Positions 1 through 9,276 of a DNA stretch of 64,000 bases are shown here, piece after piece; position 1 is the stretch's first letter; the number at the start of each line of letters is the position of its first letter. This DNA is from Nitrospiraceae bacterium. Its GTDB lineage: Bacteria > Nitrospirota > Nitrospiria > Nitrospirales > UBA2166. The translations under genes and the position numbers were made by a program. The DNA lies in NCBI GenBank assembly GCA_002726235.1, contig PBSN01000012.1:1-64000 (forward strand), written 5' to 3'. Under the pieces are notes generated by a model. It had not been told where the DNA came from, made no database searches, and saw only the letters and a program-made list of their open reading frames with translations.

Positions 1-20
1 GATCGCGAATGGGAATGCGT

Positions 21-96
21 GGGGGGTTAGCTCAGTTGGGAGAGCGCCAGAATCGCACTCTGGAGGTCGTGGGTTCGACTCCCATACCCTCCACCA
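21..96 (+). tRNA. tRNA-Ala (anticodon CGC)
   Basis: Cloverleaf with acceptor stem GGGGGGT/ACCCTCC containing the G3:U70 Ala identity pair, anticodon arm CCAGA-ATCGCAC-TCTGG, T-loop GTTCGACTC and encoded CCA end. Confidence 0.97.
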
Positions 97-140
97 CCGT
101 TTCGTCCACCTTGATCCAATAAAGACCGAGTAGGTCCATT

Positions 141-166
141 AAACCCGCTGAAATGGCGGGTTTTTT
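141..166 (+). terminator. Intrinsic terminator downstream of tRNA-Ala
   Basis: AAACCCGCT-GAAA-TGGCGGGTTT hairpin followed by a T-tract. Confidence 0.8.
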
Positions 167-232
167 GTTGTTTGTGTTATATTTATTTTGATGGTTATTA
201 AAAATTTAAATAATTTTAAGTATATATAATAG

Positions 233-612
233 ATGAGTGATTCATTAATAAGATTTAAAAAAATAATTTCATTAGCTAATCTGGAACCTCATAAATTACC
301 TGAAAGAATGAGTAATATTTCTCAGGTATCATTGAAAAGGGCTTAAATGCACTTGAGGAAATTGAATATTTCTTAAATTTTGGTAAAGATTTTTCTTCTG
401 GTAGATCAAAAATTCTAATTTTTAGAAACAAATGGGAGAATGGGATTTTAAGTGAAAGTAAATTTCTAATTGAAGATACTTTACGAGAATTTATTCAAGA
501 AAATGAAAAATATACATATGATCAGTACCTATGGGATTGTAGGTATAGTTTGAAATATTCTACAGATAAAAGTTTCATAAAAACTGTTTTTAATGGGCAA
601 TATAATTCTTAA
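233..612 (+). pseudogene. Very AT-rich, apparently frameshifted ORF of unknown function
   Basis: ATG at 233 reads MSDSLIRFKKIISLANLEPHKLPERMSNISQVSLKRA*. An overlapping frame stays open for about 95 codons (SGIIEKGLNALEEIEYFLNF...NGQYNS*, stop 610-612), which is unlikely by chance in such AT-rich DNA. Confidence 0.45.
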
Positions 613-687
613 TAGTTGGGAACCCAAAAGACCATGGCAACCAAGTGTAAATGCAATAAAACAATTAAAGAAAAAAATGATGACGGT

Positions 688-2295
688 TTAAATGTCGCTT
701 TTACGGGGAGGTGAAGTTTCTTTCTCTCGGTATAGACCATGAGATTTGTCTGCTGGAGGTTCGCGTGAGCCTAAGAGAAGGGAGGGAGGAAGCTGGGGCA
801 AAGATTGCTTTAAGCGAGACGCTAATGAGCTTGCATATGACGGAAACAACCAGATAGTGTTGATGTATAGCGAGTACAATTTCGGGTATGCTCTTAAAAA
901 AGATCCTGCCATCTTCGCCAAAATTTTCAGGAGAGGCCAATGCCCTTTATACACTCGCCACCAGAAAACAATAAATTCAAACCGGATTCTTCTACTGGAA
1001 AATCTGTCCATATCTAATAGCGCCAATCCTCTTTCTGCTTTGGTTGCTCCCGTTGGGGTCAATTCTTCATGAGTGACTAGGCCCATATTGATTGCCATAG
1101 TTGCTAGGTCGGTGCCAAGATAAGGAAAAAATATCGCAACATAGCAATTGTCGGGTTGTGCATTACGAGCCGCTTTTACGGTTTCGTAGTAGTCTTCAAG
1201 CGTTTCTCCTGGAAGGCCAAGAAGTACGTAGAAAATTACGCGCACATTGTATTTTTTTGCCATTTTGCAAAATTCTACTAATTCGTTGTTTGTATATTTT
1301 GGTCGTAAAAGAATCTCTTTCCGCATTCTTTCTGATCCGCTTTCCAATCCAATATGAATGATGGCTAAATTCGCAGCTCGCGATTTCTCAAACAACTCTG
1401 TTATGCGTTCATTGGTTTCCATGAAATGGGATGTCAGGGCAAGATTGACTCCAAACTGTATTGGGTTTTGCAAGTGTTTGTTGTAGGCGGCCAAGGCATC
1501 AAAGATACGGTAGGAAGCTGGGCGATTGGCCCCAAAGGTTTCGACCTCGAGAAAGATTCGTTCAACGGAGGGATAATTTTCGAGTATGTAATTGATTTCC
1601 CCATGAATACTGTCAGGCGACCGAAAGCGAACATATTTTCCTCCGGACAACTTCTCCATGGCGTGATTAGAGCAATAGGTGCATTTAAACGGACACCCTC
1701 TTCCTAACAAGAGCGATGGGTACTCGTTGGGCAGTTCGATCCATTTATCCCATATCGTTCTGTTAATGTAGGGTAACCCGTCGAGGTCCCCATCAAAGTC
1801 ATTTGTATGATTTTTGGTGACCTGGCCTGTTTCGCGGTTCCTCACCCATATGCTGCCGATGTTATGGACAGGCATTGTATTGTTTATGGCATCTGCAAGT
1901 TCTACGACAGCGTTTTCACCTTCCCCGATACATATTGCGTCAAAGATTCCGTCATTAATGACCTCGTCTGAGTTTAGCGACGCGTGGTGACCGCCAAGCA
2001 GACAAAAAATATTTTTATCGAGCGTGGCAAGATAACGAGCAACGTTTTTTACTTGCCAATATTGGGTTGATACTGCGGTGAAACAGAATAACGATGGCTG
2101 GTGATCTTTGACGTAACGACCGATGTATTCGTCCAATGGCGTTTTCGGTGTCACCACAAAAAGCTCTACGTCGTGTCCTGCCTTTTGAAGTACGGTAATA
2201 ATCATCGCAAGGCCAAATGGAATTAGCGTTGCCATATTCAGAGGCTTTTTTACGCTATGGTACGGATCAGTTGTATATACGCAGCCAATGTTCAT
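688..2295 (-). CDS. Cobalamin-binding (B12-dependent) radical SAM protein
   Basis: N-terminal B12-binding domain (LGGHHAS, DAICIGEGE), GRGCPFKCTYC CxxxCxxC motif, IGLESGSE and LLGLPGET motifs of class B radical SAM enzymes. Confidence 0.9.
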   Translation of the reverse strand: MNIGCVYTTDPYHSVKKPLNMATLIPFGLAMIITVLQKAGHDVELFVVTPKTPLDEYIGRYVKDHQPSLFCFTAVSTQYWQVKNVARYLATLDKNIFCLLGGHHASLNSDEVINDGIFDAICIGEGENAVVELADAINNTMPVHNIGSIWVRNRETGQVTKNHTNDFDGDLDGLPYINRTIWDKWIELPNEYPSLLLGRGCPFKCTYCSNHAMEKLSGGKYVRFRSPDSIHGEINYILENYPSVERIFLEVETFGANRPASYRIFDALAAYNKHLQNPIQFGVNLALTSHFMETNERITELFEKSRAANLAIIHIGLESGSERMRKEILLRPKYTNNELVEFCKMAKKYNVRVIFYVLLGLPGETLEDYYETVKAARNAQPDNCYVAIFFPYLGTDLATMAINMGLVTHEELTPTGATKAERGLALLDMDRFSSRRIRFEFIVFWWRVYKGHWPLLKILAKMAGSFLRAYPKLYSLYINTIWLFPSYASSLASRLKQSLPQLPPSLLLGSREPPADKSHGLYREKETSPPRKSDI

Positions 2296-2727
2296 TCGGT
2301 ATCTTTTCCCTGATGAGTAGGGACGCTAGCCCTATGCTTTGCACAATTGCCGTCTCTTGCTGAACGTCGTAATTGTAATACAAATGTATGATTTGGAAAA
2401 AGCATTGCTCTGGTTTCACACTCGCAACATGTCTTGTAGTATGTGAAATTTGCGTGATGAATCGTGCCAAAGCATTTTTCCGAAAATTGTTTTTAACTTC
2501 TTTTCCTGTATGCGATGGGTAGATCAAATCATGGGATGGCGTAGTTATCAAAATTAGTATCGCAAAACGTCGGAGTCGATAATCGTATACCACCCTCATA
2601 TGGCACGAATGATTGATTCCCTTCTTAAGGTCAGCTAGAGGCGTGTCATAGTCCGTAGCACACATGATGCGACAAGGCGTGAAAACGCTGCATGAAAAGA
2701 ATCATTGCCTTTATATGCGCACAATTT

Positions 2728-4095
2728 TCAGGGTGTCGAAAGGATGGCTGACTGTGCTTCGAGGCTGAGGTTCATGAAATTATCAAACTCAATATAGAAC
2801 GCGTCGGGGGTTAGACCAAAGTGCTTGGTAAATGAGGCGATCCACCCTAAGGACGCATTGTCCTGTAGAAAAGAGAGATAGAACGTGTCCAATGAGGTTT
2901 TGCGAACGAGCCATGCAGTGGCCCACTGTCCTGTTTCAAATTGGAGTTGGCCCATACAGCGTCCACAAAAGGCCAATACTCTATCACGCAACTGCTCAGT
3001 TTCTATGTCGTGAAGGCGCAATCTCGGGATCAATGACCGTAGCCTGCTGGCAGTTGCGAGTGCTACCTCCATTTCTTGTTTGAAGGAACCCCATCCTTGT
3101 TGATCTCCCAGATACAGAGCTAAGAATTCAGCGGATCCTTCCTCCAGCCATCTAGGCATTCCTTCATCGTAAAGTAGGTGTGCATTCTGATAAATATGCA
3201 CATATTCATGCACTGCAATCTTGTTACCGCTTCCCGACTCGGGGTTGCCGATGACAAATGATTGGGTTGGTGACGCAAGCGAACTCGAATGTTGCGCGAA
3301 GCCATTGTTTCCCTGAAATTGCGCGATCTCACGTATCCCCACTCCTTGATCATGCTCAACACAGCTATTGAAATTATCGGTGCTAGCGCTGTGTGCCCAT
3401 GAACAAAAATCTTGAACAATTGGCTCTGTAGCCGAGACATCAGTCCCAACAACAAAAACACGCAATGGGCCGTAGGTTCCCAGATAGGCTTCGGTAGCGC
3501 TAACGCCTTTCCGTACCTCGGAGATCGCGTCCTCGGAAAGGTCTGCTGTTTTTACATATGTGGTCGGGATGCTTGTTGGTCGATTCCAGCCAGCACTGAG
3601 CAAACGGGTGGCCTCGCCTTGCGCATCGGCATCCGGGGGGGGGAAGGGAGAACGTTCAGGGGGTATCGAGACAAACTCGCGATATGACTTGTATTCCCAG
3701 CACTCTTCCGAATCTGTTTGCTTACATGCGTTTCTTTTGGCGATGCGGAATCCGAACTCCCGATTGAAGGCTTCGCAGACATCCAAGTCCTCAGCGCAAT
3801 TACCTATTGCTTGAAGTAGCTCATCTTTAGTTACTTGTTCCCACGCGACATCATCCCACTCCCAGCACATTATTTGAGTCTTCTCTGTGCACTTGCCGCC
3901 AGCCGTCTCTACGGAACTCGCCGTTATTGGGGGAGGTGGCGCAGGCTCAGCCGTGGGAGCAGCGGTAGACGCCGGCTGACTCATGATTTCAGGTGGAGGC
4001 CCATCATCATCCCCACCATAATTACTGCACGATATGGCAACGAGTGAAAATGTTGCCATGACAACGATTTTTGTGAGTTGTGCGTATCGAGTCAT
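2728..4095 (-). CDS. Lipoprotein with zinc metallopeptidase (gluzincin-type) domain
   Basis: Lipobox VAIS-C, Pro/Ala linker, HEYVH motif followed by WLEEGSAEF third-ligand motif. Confidence 0.75.
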   Translation of the reverse strand: MTRYAQLTKIVVMATFSLVAISCSNYGGDDDGPPPEIMSQPASTAAPTAEPAPPPPITASSVETAGGKCTEKTQIMCWEWDDVAWEQVTKDELLQAIGNCAEDLDVCEAFNREFGFRIAKRNACKQTDSEECWEYKSYREFVSIPPERSPFPPPDADAQGEATRLLSAGWNRPTSIPTTYVKTADLSEDAISEVRKGVSATEAYLGTYGPLRVFVVGTDVSATEPIVQDFCSWAHSASTDNFNSCVEHDQGVGIREIAQFQGNNGFAQHSSSLASPTQSFVIGNPESGSGNKIAVHEYVHIYQNAHLLYDEGMPRWLEEGSAEFLALYLGDQQGWGSFKQEMEVALATASRLRSLIPRLRLHDIETEQLRDRVLAFCGRCMGQLQFETGQWATAWLVRKTSLDTFYLSFLQDNASLGWIASFTKHFGLTPDAFYIEFDNFMNLSLEAQSAILSTP

Positions 4096-4486
4096 GTGTT
4101 GTCTATTCTTTGCTGAGTGAGTGCGCCTATCCTACGCTGCTTGTGAGTGGCTATCATAAGGTAGGGAGGAACGCCCTACTGCTTTTAGCCTCAGCCTGAT
4201 TTTCCAAATGATATCGTCCCTACAAAATGGGGGGAGCAGGGTGGAGCATAAAAGGCTAGAACTGCTCTTGATTCACGTTATAGGCCGACATCAAGATTTT
4301 TGAATCCGATGTGATTGCACGTGAAGAACGCTTCTAAGGTAGCGTCTGACCGAAACGCTTACATATCTCTTGGTATACTTATCATGGTTGATGTTTGCTG
4401 TACATTGTTTAGGAGGTGAAGCCAAAAAGCGTCAAGTTTGTGCTTCGATTATCCGCTGACTGTGTTCCAGTTCTGGAAAGGCTTCC

Positions 4487-5023
4487 CTAAGGAATTTGGG
4501 CTGCTAGCCTTTGTCTATCGATTTGTGTCAGGCCAGTTTCTGTCTGTGGACGATCTGTGACATCGTATATACCATATCCAAAACCAGCAGCGGTTCCGCT
4601 AACAAAAAGCCAGCGCATTATTTCGCATGCAGGACCTCCAGGCACTGCTGCTGCAATGGCCATGCCGATTATTAATCCTCCCAAACCACCCCACACCGTG
4701 CCTTTGGCTATCGACATGACAGGATTTTCTCCGCTTTTCCGAGTGCGATCTTTTCGGGTCATGTCGTCAGTTTGAGTCTCACTTTTCGACGGCTCTTGGA
4801 CCTGACTCGTGTCGTTCATTGCCATGTTCACATTCACGTCAATATCGAGACTGTTGCCATGTTCACTCACAGGTAAAACAAATTCCCCATGAGACTCCAT
4901 GAGGCCTTGTGTGTCTAGAGAAAACACTGAATTGCCATAGTCTTGTGCAAAGCTAAACGGTACCACTAGGCATACACCGAGGACGCAGGTCAAAGCACAC
5001 CAAACCCATCTCACAATATACAT
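4487..5023 (-). CDS. Hypothetical exported/membrane protein with glycine-zipper-like helices
   Basis: Signal peptide ending SFA-Q, GGLGGLIIGMAIAAA and GTAAGFGYGIY hydrophobic segments, GGAGGG RBS. Confidence 0.65.
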   Translation of the reverse strand: MYIVRWVWCALTCVLGVCLVVPFSFAQDYGNSVFSLDTQGLMESHGEFVLPVSEHGNSLDIDVNVNMAMNDTSQVQEPSKSETQTDDMTRKDRTRKSGENPVMSIAKGTVWGGLGGLIIGMAIAAAVPGGPACEIMRWLFVSGTAAGFGYGIYDVTDRPQTETGLTQIDRQRLAAQIP

Positions 5024-5200
5024 CCCTCCATTCTTGCCTTAGCGATTGAACTCAGAACCAATGAATAAAGGACTACACTCTCTCCACGCATGGACTCTCT
5101 CCATCTCATCATTGGATGTCAGACACCCATCTTATTTTACATGCCCAAAAAGGGAAGTGCGCGAAAAAGAGCGCGAGGACTTCAATTGCGAAAATGAAGT

Positions 5201-5243
5201 CAAAACAAACGGGCCACCTCCGAACAGGAAGACAACCCGCTTG
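5201..5243 (-). terminator. Intrinsic terminator-like hairpin
   Basis: Minus strand CAAGCGGGTTGTCTTC-CTGTTC-GGAGGTGGCCCGTTTG, a 16-bp stem with G:U pairs followed by TTTT. Confidence 0.65.
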
Positions 5244-5274
5244 CCGGCACTTAGGATGCCAGTATCTGGTATTT

Positions 5275-5589
5275 ACCTGTTGCTAGAATCCGCCTGTCAG
5301 TGGGTGTTGGATGCGTTGCCCCTTTGCCATGGTAACTGCGGGGTACCCATTTTTGAGCCTTCTTTGCAAAGGCACCTGGATCTGACTCGCGTCATTTGGT
5401 GGTACTGAACAGGCGCTTCAGGCGCCCACTGTTATCCAGGCTGGTGGGAGGCAGCACATGATAGAGCACTCACGTCCAAGCACGGCACAGAAACCATCGT
5501 ACCGCAGGCGGACCTAAATGGCCTGGTGGACTAAGCTCGCTATCCAATAAGCCCTCCTTTCTTTCGACCCCAGGGCTCTCTAGACAGGT
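5275..5589 (-). ncRNA. Candidate large structured RNA (family not recognised)
   Basis: Nested long-range helices (5275-5287 with 5579-5589; 5289-5296 with 5505-5512; CCTGGA/TCCAGG), several local hairpins, GNRA-capped stems (GCGA, GCAA) and G:U pairs that favour the minus strand; no convincing long ORF. Confidence 0.5.
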
Positions 5590-5645
5590 GCACGCCGTCC
5601 GTTGCCCTTGCGACTTTCTGGGTCATGACCGTCGCTTACTTTCAT
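5580..5645 (-). CDS. Putative 21-aa leader peptide MKVSDGHDPESRKGNGRRAPV
   Basis: Strong GGAGGAG Shine-Dalgarno (plus-strand 5652-5658) 6 nt before the ATG; TAG stop at 5580-5582. Confidence 0.4.
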   Translation of the reverse strand: MKVSDGHDPESRKGNGRRAPV

Positions 5646-5831
5646 GCTACGCTCCTCCGTTATGAGTGTCAACAACAGAAATTTGACGTCTTCATGGGCT
5701 TGGGAAGATTGGAGAAGAAGTGGAGGGTGGGGGGGTCGAGTGGATTGGATATGCGGGCATTCACAAGAAAATAAGCGCGGTATTACAAGCGATATTCGAA
5801 ATGCAGTGTTCTCGCGCTGGTCAATGCTTCT

Positions 5832-6560
5832 CTACAGCATGAACTGTATTCCCATCGTCACAGGAATAAGTTGTAATTCATTAATGGTTCCAGCTCCCCG
5901 ATAGTATGATGCTTCTACATAAAGGCTGATGGTGTCGGTCACATCAAAATCCATCCCACCCCCAATGTGAACCATCAGACCATGCTGCTCAATAACACGA
6001 TGGACCCCGATTAATTCCCCCCATCCGACACCGGCAAGTGCATAGGGGTGAATCTTGCTTGTGCCGGGATTGTTCTGAAGGTAAACCTTGCCGTTCATGG
6101 AGGCCACCCCTCCTTTGTCAAAGGCATCTGAAGTATTAATGCCATTTAGTAGAAGAATATTGAGTTCCAAGGCAAAGCGTGGCTTGAAGTGATATCCAAA
6201 TTTCATGTTCCCAGCAAAGCCAGTGTTATGATCTCCGCCTACCGATTCCACAACACTTCCCCCTACGGCTCCATATGATCTGGACTTCCCAAGAGGCACA
6301 TTGCTTGGGTCAGCAGACGACAGAGCAGGAGTTGGTTTTGTTTTCTTTTTTCTCAGGTCATGGGGAAACTGATTTCGGCACGAGTGAAGTATTGCGTCAG
6401 CCGTGACGTTGTTCTGTGTATCCTTCATTGCTTTGATGACACAGTCGTCAAAATTGCGTGGAGCAGACAGAAGCCCAACATCACCAGCAGACTGTGCGAG
6501 TATGGTGCTTGTAAATGTGCTTACGAACAGAAAGACTCCGGCACAAAAGATGCTTTTCAT
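5832..6560 (-). CDS. Outer-membrane 8-stranded beta-barrel protein with N-terminal two-Cys helical domain
   Basis: Signal peptide, DDCVIKAMK...LHSCRNQFP segment, barrel motifs (FGYHF, HPYALAGVGWG, GGGMDF, terminal MGIQF). Confidence 0.75.
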   Translation of the reverse strand: MKSIFCAGVFLFVSTFTSTILAQSAGDVGLLSAPRNFDDCVIKAMKDTQNNVTADAILHSCRNQFPHDLRKKKTKPTPALSSADPSNVPLGKSRSYGAVGGSVVESVGGDHNTGFAGNMKFGYHFKPRFALELNILLLNGINTSDAFDKGGVASMNGKVYLQNNPGTSKIHPYALAGVGWGELIGVHRVIEQHGLMVHIGGGMDFDVTDTISLYVEASYYRGAGTINELQLIPVTMGIQFML

Positions 6561-6747
6561 GTCTTGATCATCCCTACAGCGTGGTTTCTAATACTTATTC
6601 CAGCTGAGGTATCAAATTTGGGGACTGCCAAGGCTACAGGAAGAGGAGAGCCTCAACGAAGAAACCACTCTCGCCTAGATTAAGGTTCAAGATGCTTAAA
6701 TGGAAGAGTTTGGCATCGAGTGGGATGTCCCAAAGGTTGACAGATCT

Positions 6748-9276
6748 TCAACCATCACCATCAGGACAGCCAATGTTCAAAAACTCACACTCAAGCGCAT
6801 CAGGGGTAAGGGGAGGTTCGAGTGTAGGCGCGGACTCAGCAGGCTCGGAGTTGATAGGTGAGACCTCGGCAAAGATGGCGATTACCGACCTATTCTGAAG
6901 CAACGGAACAAACTGGCAGGTTCCGCTCCGCAAATCATTGGCGATGAGGGTAACGTTACATGCGTCGCCGCTCCATCCCGTGAACACAGAGCCCGGATCA
7001 GCCGTGGCCGTGAATAGGACGGTCGCGTTGGATGAAAAATTGCTGGCGCATCCTGTTGCCGTGATGTCAGTTGACACACATGCGATGCCTTCTGGAGCGC
7101 TAGTGATCATACCACTTCCACCTCCGGCACGAGTGACGGTCACGAGGGGGAAACTATCAGGAGTGGCGGTAATACTGGGGGCATCCTCGATCACTTGTGC
7201 CACGGTGTTATTGTGTATGTTTCCTTCGCCGACAACAGGATCAAAGGTGGCAATTGCAAACATGCCAGTAACAGCTCCTAGTCCCAAGACTGTAATATTT
7301 TTGTGTTCCTCTTCACCGGCCGCGACGTCTTCTTCGATGATGATGGTTTGGAGAAGGGCATCCCGCTCATCAAGGTTTTCATCGGCAGACAAGAATAGGG
7401 AGAGAGCAAAGGGATTACTGGCTACTTCTGTCCCGATATTGCTGATTGTTATTTTGACTTTGAGTTTGTTGCCGGTTTCTTTTGTCTTCACTTTCAGTTT
7501 CGTGATGGTCACGGCAAGGTCAGGCATAGACTTCACGAACATCTCCGCGGTGGCGAGGCTGCCAATGCCCCCTGTCAGGAGAAGTTGTCCACTCTGAAGC
7601 AAGGTGGCTGTGTGCAGTTGACGCGGTGTCGTCATCGGAGTGCTGGCGGTGAAGGAGGCGTTCGCAGGATCAAATGTCTCCGTGGCTGCGTTATCGCCAA
7701 CCCCGCCTGAGAGAAGCACGTGTCCGCTTGGAAGTAAGGTGGCCGTATGGAGTTCGCGTGCCGTCGTTAGAGTGCCGATCGTGAGGAATGATTCGGCGGT
7801 CGGGTCAAATAGCTCGGCTGTCGCGGCTGCCGTAGCCTCCTGACCGATTCCGCCTGCGATAAGGACGGTGTCGTCAGGCAACAACGTGGCGGTATGGAAA
7901 CTCCGTGCGGTCACCAACTCGCCGGTTGCGGTAAAGGACCCCGTGTGTGGGTTGAATACTTCGGCGGTGGCAAGTGCGAAGATATCACCTAGACCGCCGG
8001 TGATGAGGACGCGGCCATCTGCTAGCAGGGTGGCGGTGTGGCGACTTCGGGCGGTAGTCATATTGCCGGTTTTGGTGAATAATCCGATAGTCGGGTCGAA
8101 CACTTCGGCGGTGGCAAGCGCGCGGCCGTCTTGGCTGATTCCGCCGGTGATAAGGATGCGGCCATCAGGCAACAGGGTGGCGGTATGGCGGTTTCTGGCG
8201 GTCGTTAACTCTCTGATCAGCGATATGAATGTCGCCTTGTCTGGGTCGAACACTTCGGCGGTGGCGAGCGTGTGGCCGTCTTGGTTGATTCCGCCTGCGA
8301 TTAGCACGCGACCGTCTAACAACTGCACTGCGGTGTGCTCGTGGCGAGCCACGGTCATGGTTCCCGTCGGGAAAAACGACTCAAACACAGGGTCAAATAG
8401 TTCGGCTGTCGCGCCGCCGCCAAACCCTCCGGCAATGAGAACCTGTCCCGTCGATAAGAGGGTTGCCGTATGATTCTGGCGAGCTGCGCTCATGCTGTTT
8501 GTTGCTCGAAAGCTTCCTTCAAGCAATGGAAGTCCCGGCGGCGCAGGGTCAAACGTCGCTGTCACGGTACGCTTGGCACTCATCGTCACCTGGCATTGTT
8601 CCATTCCAGAGCAGCCGCTCCCTCTCCATCCGGAAAATATTGAGCCGGACGTGGCCGTCTGATTGAGTGTGATCACTGTGTCCACGTCATAGGATGCGGC
8701 ACAAATTCCAGTAGAGCAACTGATCCCTGATGGTGACGATGTCACAGTCCCATCGCCATCCCCGTCTGTGGTCACGAACAGGATGATCTGGGGTGTATGC
8801 ATCAGCTCAAATGTTGCGGCGACAGCCTGATTCTCCGTCATTGTCACTGTACAGATGCTGGTGCCGGAACAGCCCCCCCCACTCCAGCCCGTAAACGTCG
8901 AACCCGCCGCCGGGGTTGCGGTCATTGTGATTACCGTGCCTACGTCATAGGTTGCGGTACAGATATCCCCACAACTAATGTCTGTTGATAACGTGATGTC
9001 TTTTGCGGAGGTCACCGTTCCTGTGCCTGTGCCTGCTGGCGTTAAGGTCAAGATGAGTGCTGCTGCAGGAGTGGCAGACAACGCGAAGAATCCGGCGACG
9101 AGAACAATGCCCGGAAGAATACGTCTCACGAGGTTGCTCCGCGACGGGAACCACGTCGCGCGAACGACCTGATGTAGCAACGCTCGGGATTTTTGTTTTT
9201 GGTGTTGGTCCCTAAGATCACCATCAGGCACGTTTTGAAATCGTTTTGCTTTTCGCTCACACATCATATCGTCCAA
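6748..9276 (-). CDS. Secreted kelch-repeat protein with InlB B-repeat-like and CARDB-like domains
   Basis: Six AR.xHTATLLxDGRVLIxGG...TAE.FDP kelch repeats, three GxVTSxPxGISC...FTGWSGxxC repeats, PDLAV...NNT CARDB-like domain; start codon uncertain. Confidence 0.85.
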   Translation of the reverse strand: MDDMMCERKAKRFQNVPDGDLRDQHQKQKSRALLHQVVRATWFPSRSNLVRRILPGIVLVAGFFALSATPAAALILTLTPAGTGTGTVTSAKDITLSTDISCGDICTATYDVGTVITMTATPAAGSTFTGWSGGGCSGTSICTVTMTENQAVAATFELMHTPQIILFVTTDGDGDGTVTSSPSGISCSTGICAASYDVDTVITLNQTATSGSIFSGWRGSGCSGMEQCQVTMSAKRTVTATFDPAPPGLPLLEGSFRATNSMSAARQNHTATLLSTGQVLIAGGFGGGATAELFDPVFESFFPTGTMTVARHEHTAVQLLDGRVLIAGGINQDGHTLATAEVFDPDKATFISLIRELTTARNRHTATLLPDGRILITGGISQDGRALATAEVFDPTIGLFTKTGNMTTARSRHTATLLADGRVLITGGLGDIFALATAEVFNPHTGSFTATGELVTARSFHTATLLPDDTVLIAGGIGQEATAAATAELFDPTAESFLTIGTLTTARELHTATLLPSGHVLLSGGVGDNAATETFDPANASFTASTPMTTPRQLHTATLLQSGQLLLTGGIGSLATAEMFVKSMPDLAVTITKLKVKTKETGNKLKVKITISNIGTEVASNPFALSLFLSADENLDERDALLQTIIIEEDVAAGEEEHKNITVLGLGAVTGMFAIATFDPVVGEGNIHNNTVAQVIEDAPSITATPDSFPLVTVTRAGGGSGMITSAPEGIACVSTDITATGCASNFSSNATVLFTATADPGSVFTGWSGDACNVTLIANDLRSGTCQFVPLLQNRSVIAIFAEVSPINSEPAESAPTLEPPLTPDALECEFLNIGCPDGDG

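Noticed and set aside
2267..2665. 132-aa ORF upstream of the B12 radical SAM gene (possible precursor)
   Set aside because: No RBS or precursor-like features; more likely promoter-containing intergenic DNA
5046..5408. 120-aa plus-strand ORF
   Set aside because: No RBS or recognisable motifs; it overlaps a minus-strand terminator and the structured region
5201..5660. tmRNA, RNase P RNA, c-di-AMP (ydaO) riboswitch or group I/II intron
   Set aside because: No tRNA-like ends or T-loop/CCA, no GAGGAAAGUCC P4 motif, no CCCGUCAGCUAAC, and no intron domain V or P7 signatures recognised by eye
6938..8473. Long plus-strand ORFs antisense to the kelch gene, and similar shadow ORFs opposite other genes
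   Set aside because: Explained by codon bias of the real gene on the opposite strand
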